Positions 16,601 to 25,552 of a stretch of 25,710 bases of DNA are shown here, piece by piece. The position numbers and the translations under genes were made by a program. The notes below the pieces were generated by a model. The model was not told where the DNA came from and searched no databases. It worked only from the letters and a program-made list of their open reading frames with translations. The number at the start of each line of letters is the position of its first letter. The stretch's first letter is position 1. Location: the IMG/VR virus record IMGVR_UViG_3300048670_000852, positions 1 to 25,710 of that record; one strand, given 5' to 3'. The DNA comes from a virus (Duplodnaviria > Caudoviricetes).

Positions 16601-19600
16601 AATCTAAACGTATCATTTGACTCTTTAATAACATAAACATCTGATGGTAATAATGTAGTTACGACTCCAACAGAGTTTAGTGTTGCTCCAATTCCAACTG
16701 GTACTGATCCAATTCCAATAAATGTAGATTTTGGTATATATGTGAGTCTTTCACCATTGCTGAAGAAATGACTTGGTATTGTAAATTTACCCGTATTTTT
16801 TTCCAGTACGAACGTATCAGATGGGTCGAATGTTTTTGCAAAAATTGGGATTCCATCAGAAGTTAAATTAAACTCAGTTCTATTGATTCTATTTCCATTA
16901 ATTGCATTGTAATAATCAACTTTAACAGATTCTGATATAGTTCCGTATATAAGACTCGGTGGAATATTTACACTGTCTAAAGATGTATACATGCACAAGT
17001 TAAATGATGAAATCTTAATTTCGGATGTTATTGATGAATCTGGATAGAATTTTAATACAAAATTATTTCCAGAATATTCTCCACCAAAAGTCCCAAGACC
17101 GATAGTACTTCCAATAGGGTCTTGTTCATTTGTTCCCAAAAGAAAAGAACCTTGTTGAATATAAACATCATTAGAGTCTTGCACTGCCATAATCTGATGT
17201 AGGGCAGTTGTAGATCCTATACCAACTTTAACCAAAGATTTAACTGCATTAAAATTAGTTTTATCTAGTGATACTACTTCTGTAGATGCTGCAGAAACTG
17301 TCGAAGAATATTTTGATAGGTATAGTGCAGTCCTTTCAGACCCATCTAATTGATTAGGTAATTTGAACCGATATATTCCTTGACCAGATGCTGTTGTACC
17401 AAATCCAACAACTCTTGATCTAATACTAACATTATTTGCAGAATTATTTGTATAATTTAATGATATTATTCCAGGTAAAATATTGGCACCAAATGTACCT
17501 ATAAAGTTTCCGGAATAATTATTAGACGCATATTCCGAATCAAAATAATATTCTGAAATATAAGTATTTGTTCCATCATGAGTTAAATATAACTCAACAA
17601 AATTCATATCATTTGTTTTGGTGTCGATAACTTGAGTGTTAACATATATTGAACTAAACTTATTAGAGTCTAAAGATATGATAGAAGTAGTCAGTCCAGA
17701 CGTTATATTTTTATTAGATCCAGTTAAGTCAATAAAACCAATAGTGGTAGTTCCAATACCAGGTAAAGGTGAATTGAATTCATTATCAATTAATTTTAAA
17801 TCATAATCAATATTATATGGATCAACTGGTGTAAATCTAAGGTAACTATTTTCTAATTCATCTACAATTATTGAGAATGATCCCAGTTCTTCCCCTAACG
17901 TATGATCGAGTTCAGTCCCAACATTGACTAAAGTTCCCTTTTCCAATAAGAAATTATCAGAACCATCATTTAATATTACCAATTCTGTCAATTGAATTTG
18001 AGAATTATCGGTATTAGAAATTCTTACTAGTAAATTATAGTATGATACACCAGTATTTAATTGAATAATATTTAAAAATTCACTTGGTTCACCATTTAAA
18101 TTAGAAAATTTATTTTTTATATCATCTATTTGTAAAACTACATTACTTTTACAGTCAATGTAGCCAGTCAGTTTTTTGTATTTTAATTTTAAAAATTTAG
18201 AAGAAGATCCAACAATATCAATATCCGTAACTAAATCAAAATCATAGATTGTATCTACTCGATTTTCTTCAATTAAATCATAAATTATAGTTGTAGCATT
18301 TGATGAAGAAGAAATTCCAGAACTTACAGTTGATGCAATTTCGGTATCTGCAAAGTTCTTTAGACCACTAGTATGAAGTAAACTATTAACTGGTGTTTTT
18401 AAATCTTGATATGTAATTGGACTTTTTACTGTATATGATAAATTTTGATAGTAATCATTATCTGAAATTACTTGCCCATCATAATCAAGTTTTCCAATAT
18501 CATCAATCCATCCAAGATCTTTTCTAATAGAATAATCAACTTTAAATCTTCCGTAATTGTTTTCAATCGTATCAATAGTTGCTATATTGCCAGATTCTTT
18601 ACCTTTTATTACCTCACCCGCAGACAATTGATAGGATCCATATATCTTAATGAATGAATTATTATAATTGGCAATGATCAAGTCTCTTTCAATATTATTG
18701 GTGGCAATATTTTCACCTATAATAAATGGGGACGATTTTTGTGTAACTTCAAAAGTTGGATAATATTTACGATTTATAATATTTCCAACTGAATCTTGAA
18801 TAGTTTTTGCTATTCCAGTATTTGTTGTTAATTTGTCTGCACCAAGATCAAATACAACCTTAACAAGAGTTCCGGTGTTGTCATACCCACTAACAGTAAA
18901 GAACTGATATCCATATTCTTCAGAGTTAAATCCAGAACCATTAGAACTAAATTTTTGTATACCTTCTACAAATACCTTATCACCAACATTAAATGGATAG
19001 GTTGAGAAACCAAGTACTGGTGTTGTTATATAACAAGTAAAAATTCCACTAGATGAAGATTCTACCTTTTGAATACTAATTCCATTTGTATTATTAGTAG
19101 TAAATAATTGTACGGTTGTTTCTGGGAGACCTTTTGGTTTCTGTACAATATTTATTGAAGAGATTGCATTTCCAGATAATACTGCCTCTAAGATTCCACT
19201 ATCAATCTTTTCTCCAGTAGTAGTGTCTACGATGGTAATTGATGGTGCAGTAGTGTATCCATTTCCACCATCAGTAACTGAGATGCTACTAATTGTATTT
19301 GAATTTTTAATTGTGATCGATGGTGATACAAATGCAGTGGGTTGTAAAGTTTTATCCGAAGAGTATTCAAATCCTTCATTGATAATTCTTACTTCTTTTG
19401 CATTACCTATATTTGATGATTTTGCAGCAATATATGCATCTTGACCTTCAACGGAGTTGGATCCCATGAATAATGGAAGTTTTTTATATCCAGTTCCACC
19501 AGAAATAATGTTAATTTTATCGATAGATCCCTTTGCAGATGTAGAACTTGTAGTGTAATTTAAGATATCACATTGACTCTGCGAATATGTTAAATTTTCT

Positions 19601-22600
19601 GGAACCTTAGTTAATGAAATATTAAAAGTTGTGGATCCAATGCCCGAAATTGCATAATTTGAATTATAATAACTATCTACAAATAATATCTCAGAATAGT
19701 TATTTACCTCTGTATCAGAAGTACTAATATATCCAGATTTTTCTAAATTATAATACAATTTAGTTGGTAAATTATTATCATAATTGATAGTAAGTGAAGC
19801 ATTAGTAGACACTCCAACAGTACCTACACCAGAAAGTGTAAATCCAGTTGTTGTTGCAGTAGAAACAAACTCATTATTGAAATTTTGATCATAATATATT
19901 TTAAAATTATATGTGGAAAGTGATGTATCTGATAAATCAAATACTAAATTATTATTTTTAATTGATTGGATTTGTGAATTTATCAATGAAATACTTTGAT
20001 TTGCTCCACCAGTACTTGCAATACTTACAGTGATTGGGGGATTTTTCTTACAATCAATATAAGTTTCTGAAAGTTTGATTCGATTACTATCTACTTTATA
20101 AACATAATATGTTCCATTGGATAATCCTGATGTAATTACATTTGCAGAATATAAAACTTTATCTCCAGTATTTAAATTATGTGAGTTAATTGTAATTGTA
20201 TTAGTCGTCGTATTGATGCCAGTAGAACTAAATCCAATAGGATTGATTAAAATATTTCCAGTAGTTGTATCCCTTTTAATATAAATTGATGTAGAAGTTC
20301 CAATACCAACCGAAAGATTTGGTTGAACGTTTAAACTAATAATATCCCCAGCAGTTAATCCATGATATGTTGAAACTGAAACTGTTGATTTAATTCTTTC
20401 AACTTTTCCAGTTATTTGCGCATAGGAAGTTTCAAACGAATATAAATCACTATTGGATCCATTGGTAATAAAAAATACTTCAGAAGAATTAAGAGTAGTT
20501 TTGATTCCAATAGTGTTGTTATTTTTATTGGTTACATATACATTTTGTGGTAAATTGAATACACTTCCAGTTGATGATGTTGAGATTGCAATGGGATTTC
20601 CATCAGTTGTAAATATAACTCTTTGATTATTTGTGAATGGATGACTCTCAATATAAATTCCCTGTGTTGGAATATTTCTAGTAATATTGGAGTTGCCAAA
20701 TTGGAAAGTTACAGAGTTCGTAATTCCAACTATAGTCCCAACCCCAACAGATTCAACTGGATTAAAATATACTTTATTATTAATTTTTGAGTCAAAATAA
20801 TCTATTTTTTCAGAAATTGTAAATGAATCTGGAATAAAGTTTATTTGAGTAGTTGCAGTATGGGATGCTCCGGTCAATCCTCTCCTTACCTTAAGGATAT
20901 TGAGATTTCTGAATACTTCTAGTACTTGTAATCTTTCTGTTCCAATTCCAATACTACTTCCAACAGATACGGATGCTGGAAGTTGCGTAACATATATTTC
21001 TGTCGTTAATCCCGATGTAGGAATGTCTTCCAGAGCATTAGAATAATATGAAGATGCACTTATTTGATATGAATTATTTAATTTATTTAAATTGGTTGAG
21101 AATCCAGAAATTACAACATAATCATTGTCAGATAGAGTATGATTTGGTAAAATAGTTATCTTTACTTCTGTATCATTATTCCAAGTGAAAATTGCATTTG
21201 TATATGATTCTAGTGAAGTATTTAAATTTACAATATCTTTTCCTTGTATAGAATCTATTTTTGCAATTAATCCGCCACCTTCTGTATTGCTATTATCAAA
21301 ATTTAATATATCATTTACTTTGTAATTTGAACCGGAATTGATGATACTAAAATCATTCACATGCCCTTCAGTTACTGATTCGACAATAGATTTTTGTTCT
21401 GAAATTGTATTAGTTTCAATTATAAAGTCGTTATCTGCATAATTGTCGGATACTTTATATGGAAAAGTATTTCTAAATAAATTGGAATTATTGAAATCAA
21501 ATGATTGGTCAAGAGTAGAATTTTCTTCTAGAGTATTAGATCTGTACTTATTTCCAATAAAATATGGGAATTGTGGTTGTAGTGTTTCAACTGCAATTGT
21601 TGAAAAATATGCATATACTCCATTTGGAAAATCTGGAGTTATTCCAAATCTTCCATTATTTTCATCCAAATCTCCAGAATTTGTATAAACATAATCTTCT
21701 ACAAAGAATCCATCAAAAAATCCAACAGGTCTATCATTGACATTTGAGATATTCAATGTATATCCTGAAGTTAAAAGTTTTGGATTAGAACTTGAATTTT
21801 TTGAATTAGAATATCCATATGCACCATATATTGGATTGCCATCATAAGACCATCCAATAATTTTGGAATGAGTTTCTCCAATATCATTAAATGCTTGCCT
21901 TAAGGTATCAAAATACCCACAAACAGTATATTGTAATTTATTTTCAGTTTCTAATAATAGTTCATCTCCAAATTTTAAATTATTATTGACTGTTAAAGAT
22001 CTAATAGTAGTATTAAAAACTGCATTAGAACCTGCAGATTTTACTTGAATTGATGATGTGTTTGAGTATCCAATTCCAGCACTTATAACTTCAACATTCG
22101 TTATTTTTCCGTCAGTAATTATTGGTCTCAATTTTGCACCAGATCCAGTTCCTGTGGAATCATTTACAATTAAATCTGGATCTGAATAATACTCTAACCC
22201 ACCATATTGGATATTTACCGAACTGATAGTGCCATTTATAATGATAGGTTTTAATTGAGATTCTTTACCATTTTTAATACTTACTATTGGTTTCCTTTCA
22301 AGATTTAAAATTGTCGATCCGTAACCAGTTCCGTTTTCATATAAGTATGCATCAATAATATTTCCCCTAACTTTGGGAGTTGCTATGAGTTTTTGATATG
22401 ATTGAGTTGTCGTACCAAAACCAACTGATGTATATTCTACAGAAACTAAAATATCTGGGTAATTAAAATAATGATATCCGGATCCAGTAGAGGATAACTT
22501 GACATATTTTTGCCTATCATAATTTGAGGTATTTGTTCCACCAATTCCAGCATCACATAATCTAAAGGAATTGTCATCAATTTTTAAAATATAATATTGA

Positions 22601-25551
22601 GATAGTGTGGAAATTCCTATTGTGGATGTTTGGTAGTTATATGTTACCAATTCTCCATTATTAAATCCATGATTTTTAAAATTAATCGTATGATTGACTG
22701 TAGATATTTTTTCTGGATTAACAATTAATTTTCTATTTGTGTATCCAGTACCACCATTAATAACTTTAATTTCAGATATTGTGTTCTTATTTGAAGTAGT
22801 TGCGAATTTATGAATTCCAGAATTATTATAATTACTAAATCTTATTGTATTAATACCTGACGAATAATCTAAAATAGATTCGTACAATCTAATTGTTGTA
22901 TTGTTATCAATTTTTACATAATACGTTGAATTATTAACTAATGTTGAAGTTCCAATTCCAACACCAATCGCAGCATTTCCGTTGGAGTTATAAACTACAG
23001 ATTCTCCATTAACCAAATTATGATTAGTTAAAAATGTAAGTTGTCTTGTAGTTGTACTGATACCCCCAGAATTTGTAGTCGCTCTTCCATCAAAAAATAT
23101 TTCCCTTACTCTCTTTGTTATAATTGGTTCAAGAACAGCACCAGAACCATTACCACCACTTGCCCCAATAGACACAACAGTATTGATGTCATAATTTTGA
23201 GCATCTATATAAACACTTTGAATACTACCACTAATTACTGGTTGCACTAAAGCAGTTGTTCCAATTGAAGATGAAACTGTAATTAATGGTGGATTAATCA
23301 CATCATAGTCTGTTCCACCATTTAATACATCAATAGATTCCAGTGGTCCATAATATATTTTATCCTCCGACTTATAATTACTAATCTCTACACCATTAAT
23401 TAACATTCCAGTTGTACCTGGGATCGTCAATTGCCCAGTTCCATTTTTAGTGTTTATATTTAATGGAAATTTTTTAAGTACTTTTTGTGCTCCAATTTTA
23501 TTGGATCTTTGAGGATATAATGTAAATCTATGAGCACCGTTTGATGGTTCAAATGTTAGGTAATCGGATCCTCCAATAAATGACCTAGATGCATATAGTT
23601 TAATTTTTTTTCTATCTGCAGATTGAATCTGAACGTAATAACTTCCAGTCTCTAATCCAACTAAAGGATTGGCTTCTGGTTGATAATAAACTCTGTCCCC
23701 ATTAATAAAAGGAACTTCATTACTAAATGCGATAGTAGAATATAAACCTTCCGCAACTGCATCAGTTAAAATTCCAACTGTACCATTACTAATTGACGCA
23801 GTATTAATATTCTTCGTTATTTTATATGCATATTGTGTTGATGGAAGTATTTTATCCGAGGGTAGTGAATTGGAAGCAACATACGCATAATTTTCATCAG
23901 TATATAAGTTTTGTATGTCTGAAAAAATAGCATTATTTCCAAATTCAATTGGAACTATTGAACTATTTGCCGTATTAATTTTTCTTCTCAGATCATACTG
24001 TACTCCAGGTACTGCAGTAAATTCTGAATTATTACCCAAAGTAACTTTATTTTCTGTAATATTGATATTTGAAATATATACGGTATCACCACTAACTACA
24101 TTATTACCATCTCTTTTAACAATTTCAACACTATCTCCAATTTTTAAACTGGATTTATCAATTGTACTACTTAGAGTAAAAGTATTAATGTCCTTTATCT
24201 GATATCTTGATTTTGTATTGTAAATCCAAGAGTTGGCAAAAATTTCTTTATATGTTTTATTTTGTTCTGGATTTTGAATTACTTCACCAAGATTTTTAAC
24301 CGAAACAATATCCCCTTCACTCACATTTAAATTATCTGATACTTGTACAAACTTGGACAATACTCCAGTAAGTCTTAATTTAACTTCTTTACTAATATCT
24401 CCATTCTCATACCCATAGTAATATTCATCAGATCTCAGATCACTTGCAATAGCAATTCCTGAAGAGACTCCGGAGCAACCAAAAAATTGGTTAATGCTTT
24501 TATCAGTATATGTTACAATATTTGTTCCAGATACTATAGATCCACTTTCGGGGAATCCTATTGTAGAATCTACTGTAATGACTGAGGATCCAACCGACAC
24601 ATTTTCCAAACACTTTGTATTTGGTGTAATTGTAAAATTACCCTGAATTGTGGAGAAATCGTCATATCCAACAAAGAGTGAAATTTTATAATATTGCTTA
24701 TTATTTCTGGTGAATAATTCTACCTCAGAGATTGATGCGCTTGTAGTAGCATCGGTTGATTTTTTAATAGTTTGTCCGACTAACTTAGAAGGATCTCCAG
24801 AAATTTTTTCCGCAATTACAACTTCCCTTCTAATAAACTCTGCAGAAGATGGTTTAATTAAAAATTCTTCTAAGTTTATAACTTTAGGAGTTACCCCATA
24901 TAGGATATTAAATAAAATTCTGAATGATTCATCCGTTCCCTTTGCCTGATAAAAGGATCTTGCTTCCTTTATAAAGTTTCCTACATTTAAATTGGAAACA
25001 AAATCAAGATCTTCTAGACCAGGAGTTAGAGTATATTTTAATTTCTTATAAAATTCCTTTAAAAATAAAGAACTAAGATTTTGTACAGAAGATCCCAAAG
25101 CATGAGATACTGCTGTTGATTCTGAAAATACCAGTTCTTCCTGATTTAAATTTGCATGATAACTTGTAATACCACTAAATCCACGAACACAACCAGTAAA
25201 TGTATTTGTGGTTAATCCAGTATACGTGATAATCTCATCATCAATTTTTAATAATCCATAATTTTGAGGAAATCCCTTTGTACTCGTTACAGTAATGACT
25301 CCGACAGTAGATGTAATATTGGTACTAAGACCAACACTACCTACGATAACTTCTGGTGTTAAGTTATCAAGTTTTAAATATTGATCTAGATTTTCTGCAA
25401 TATCTACAGGACCACTTTGGTACTCTTGAGAAATATAATATTGCTTTAAAAACTCTGCGGTATTGGGACTCTCATCCAAAATAAAATTTGGAAGTTGACT
25501 TTCAATAATTTGTTGAACCTTAACTCTAGACTCAAATCCAGTCTGTATCAT
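13612..25551 (-). CDS. gp7: Giant baseplate wedge initiator (gp7-like, 3979 aa)
   Basis: Lies between gp6 and gp8; N-terminal QLPNFI...EFLKQYY; gp7-core motifs FYQAKGTDESFRILFNILYG (~aa 200) and DNDYYQNLSYTVKS...LLHTSGLKNF (~aa 2365-2400); many inserted beta-rich modules. Multi-thousand-residue gp7 is known in cyanomyoviruses. Confidence 0.85.
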   Translation of the reverse strand: MIQTGFESRVKVQQIIESQLPNFILDESPNTAEFLKQYYISQEYQSGPVDIAENLDQYLKLDNLTPEVIVGSVGLSTNITSTVGVITVTSTKGFPQNYGLLKIDDEIITYTGLTTNTFTGCVRGFSGITSYHANLNQEELVFSESTAVSHALGSSVQNLSSLFLKEFYKKLKYTLTPGLEDLDFVSNLNVGNFIKEARSFYQAKGTDESFRILFNILYGVTPKVINLEEFLIKPSSAEFIRREVVIAEKISGDPSKLVGQTIKKSTDATTSASISEVELFTRNNKQYYKISLFVGYDDFSTIQGNFTITPNTKCLENVSVGSSVITVDSTIGFPESGSIVSGTNIVTYTDKSINQFFGCSGVSSGIAIASDLRSDEYYYGYENGDISKEVKLRLTGVLSKFVQVSDNLNVSEGDIVSVKNLGEVIQNPEQNKTYKEIFANSWIYNTKSRYQIKDINTFTLSSTIDKSSLKIGDSVEIVKRDGNNVVSGDTVYISNINITENKVTLGNNSEFTAVPGVQYDLRRKINTANSSIVPIEFGNNAIFSDIQNLYTDENYAYVASNSLPSDKILPSTQYAYKITKNINTASISNGTVGILTDAVAEGLYSTIAFSNEVPFINGDRVYYQPEANPLVGLETGSYYVQIQSADRKKIKLYASRSFIGGSDYLTFEPSNGAHRFTLYPQRSNKIGAQKVLKKFPLNINTKNGTGQLTIPGTTGMLINGVEISNYKSEDKIYYGPLESIDVLNGGTDYDVINPPLITVSSSIGTTALVQPVISGSIQSVYIDAQNYDINTVVSIGASGGNGSGAVLEPIITKRVREIFFDGRATTNSGGISTTTRQLTFLTNHNLVNGESVVYNSNGNAAIGVGIGTSTLVNNSTYYVKIDNNTTIRLYESILDYSSGINTIRFSNYNNSGIHKFATTSNKNTISEIKVINGGTGYTNRKLIVNPEKISTVNHTINFKNHGFNNGELVTYNYQTSTIGISTLSQYYILKIDDNSFRLCDAGIGGTNTSNYDRQKYVKLSSTGSGYHYFNYPDILVSVEYTSVGFGTTTQSYQKLIATPKVRGNIIDAYLYENGTGYGSTILNLERKPIVSIKNGKESQLKPIIINGTISSVNIQYGGLEYYSDPDLIVNDSTGTGSGAKLRPIITDGKITNVEVISAGIGYSNTSSIQVKSAGSNAVFNTTIRSLTVNNNLKFGDELLLETENKLQYTVCGYFDTLRQAFNDIGETHSKIIGWSYDGNPIYGAYGYSNSKNSSSNPKLLTSGYTLNISNVNDRPVGFFDGFFVEDYVYTNSGDLDENNGRFGITPDFPNGVYAYFSTIAVETLQPQFPYFIGNKYRSNTLEENSTLDQSFDFNNSNLFRNTFPYKVSDNYADNDFIIETNTISEQKSIVESVTEGHVNDFSIINSGSNYKVNDILNFDNSNTEGGGLIAKIDSIQGKDIVNLNTSLESYTNAIFTWNNDTEVKITILPNHTLSDNDYVVISGFSTNLNKLNNSYQISASSYYSNALEDIPTSGLTTEIYVTQLPASVSVGSSIGIGTERLQVLEVFRNLNILKVRRGLTGASHTATTQINFIPDSFTISEKIDYFDSKINNKVYFNPVESVGVGTIVGITNSVTFQFGNSNITRNIPTQGIYIESHPFTNNQRVIFTTDGNPIAISTSSTGSVFNLPQNVYVTNKNNNTIGIKTTLNSSEVFFITNGSNSDLYSFETSYAQITGKVERIKSTVSVSTYHGLTAGDIISLNVQPNLSVGIGTSTSIYIKRDTTTGNILINPIGFSSTGINTTTNTITINSHNLNTGDKVLYSANVITSGLSNGTYYVYKVDSNRIKLSETYIDCKKNPPITVSIASTGGANQSISLINSQIQSIKNNNLVFDLSDTSLSTYNFKIYYDQNFNNEFVSTATTTGFTLSGVGTVGVSTNASLTINYDNNLPTKLYYNLEKSGYISTSDTEVNNYSEILFVDSYYNSNYAISGIGSTTFNISLTKVPENLTYSQSQCDILNYTTSSTSAKGSIDKINIISGGTGYKKLPLFMGSNSVEGQDAYIAAKSSNIGNAKEVRIINEGFEYSSDKTLQPTAFVSPSITIKNSNTISSISVTDGGNGYTTAPSITIVDTTTGEKIDSGILEAVLSGNAISSINIVQKPKGLPETTVQLFTTNNTNGISIQKVESSSSGIFTCYITTPVLGFSTYPFNVGDKVFVEGIQKFSSNGSGFNSEEYGYQFFTVSGYDNTGTLVKVVFDLGADKLTTNTGIAKTIQDSVGNIINRKYYPTFEVTQKSSPFIIGENIATNNIERDLIIANYNNSFIKIYGSYQLSAGEVIKGKESGNIATIDTIENNYGRFKVDYSIRKDLGWIDDIGKLDYDGQVISDNDYYQNLSYTVKSPITYQDLKTPVNSLLHTSGLKNFADTEIASTVSSGISSSSNATTIIYDLIEENRVDTIYDFDLVTDIDIVGSSSKFLKLKYKKLTGYIDCKSNVVLQIDDIKNKFSNLNGEPSEFLNIIQLNTGVSYYNLLVRISNTDNSQIQLTELVILNDGSDNFLLEKGTLVNVGTELDHTLGEELGSFSIIVDELENSYLRFTPVDPYNIDYDLKLIDNEFNSPLPGIGTTTIGFIDLTGSNKNITSGLTTSIISLDSNKFSSIYVNTQVIDTKTNDMNFVELYLTHDGTNTYISEYYFDSEYASNNYSGNFIGTFGANILPGIISLNYTNNSANNVSIRSRVVGFGTTASGQGIYRFKLPNQLDGSERTALYLSKYSSTVSAASTEVVSLDKTNFNAVKSLVKVGIGSTTALHQIMAVQDSNDVYIQQGSFLLGTNEQDPIGSTIGLGTFGGEYSGNNFVLKFYPDSSITSEIKISSFNLCMYTSLDSVNIPPSLIYGTISESVKVDYYNAINGNRINRTEFNLTSDGIPIFAKTFDPSDTFVLEKNTGKFTIPSHFFSNGERLTYIPKSTFIGIGSVPVGIGATLNSVGVVTTLLPSDVYVIKESNDTFRLSTRKDYAALGIGVTFTSNGEGNAHQLEMYKKNEKAIITIDNVVQYPLIYTPISHNLIGNGGSISTESTLFALSGISTIAPKNILKIDNEYMGVVNVGLGTTNVGPITNSGSISLVEVSRGFVGSSATSHLDLTQARIYKGSYNIVGNSIFFTEPPRGNPQIERDSSNLIFETSDFTGRVYLRNNYTTNQIYDDISNKFTGIGRTFTLTVGGASTVGLGSTGGNGILFINGIFQTPTTDNNPENNFNIIENSTLGISSVVFSGIREPNTLNIFTSEFDINQNQTPRGGIIISLGSSIGLGYAPLVGAAVTAVVGAGGSIRSVGLGTTDNLGSGYNGIVSIGVSVYQSGHTGTAASIRASVGAGGTLTFNIINGGTGYTNPKIFVSEPSYENLNVTGVSRLGIGTTTSTGTGLLLNVEVGASSTTGIGSVYYEVTKFNISRQGYNFQRGDVFKPVGLVTDVRLGSPLSEFKLTVIDTFTDSFAAWQFGEFDYIDSILNYQDGVRTRFPLYYNNKLLSFESNNSQVNLANALLIIINGVIQDPGVAYQFDGGTSFVFATAPKAEDNIAIFFYRGTKDDDSKLFTNINETIKRGDTVQVLKNNSISGITTTQNGRTVFDISFSDKFETNLYSDQGIDTKNYKPLSWTKQKIDRRINGENVYKTRDSIESLVYPTAKIIKNFSTTDTEIFVDNAELFDYETPVQFNSLVVSGTTDPISAGVTAIVSAAGTIQSLSINNTGSGYTGSSVIVKIAAPLTVGILTSLPMGVGIGIGSIATATITVSAAGSLTTPITITNPGLGYSVGIPPAVIVPLPDPTYENITNISLVNGFSGIITGITTSVGSGGNPLALKFYLNLAPSGIITTLKTGYPIYIFDTRIGSGATSINDSDTAVVGIGSTFLDNIYYVHQISSSGTIGIITCNIRSTTSVIGLTSIGSVSNPVGKFSWGRLSGFTRSGSPISIGVSGNTVDVGLSTFPTIQRRSNSTQGVGLRGTGALPKLL
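21553..21870 (-). other. YHYH-family-like subdomain within gp7
   Basis: HSKIIGWSYDGNPIYGAYGY...FVEDYVY...GDLDENNGRFGITPDFPNGVYAYF...FPYFIG resembles the C-terminal half of the YHYH domain. Confidence 0.65.
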
Positions 25552-25552
25552 A

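Noticed and set aside
19149-19156. AATAAATA in the middle of gp7
   Set aside because: No recognisable gene start downstream; treated as a background match, although an internal promoter cannot be excluded.
22-24949. All plus-strand ORFs in the track (60-113 aa; e.g. 22..270, 5614..5910, 9892..10233, 15764..16036, 23915..24202)
   Set aside because: They lie antisense to well-supported minus-strand genes, many in the mirror codon frame, and have shadow-ORF composition (Pro/Val/Ile/Ser-rich) with no recognisable motifs.
4638-25551. Inteins, introns or homing endonucleases explaining the giant ORFs
   Set aside because: No splice-junction, LAGLIDADG, HNH or GIY-YIG motifs recognised; the extra length is accounted for by beta-rich structural modules.
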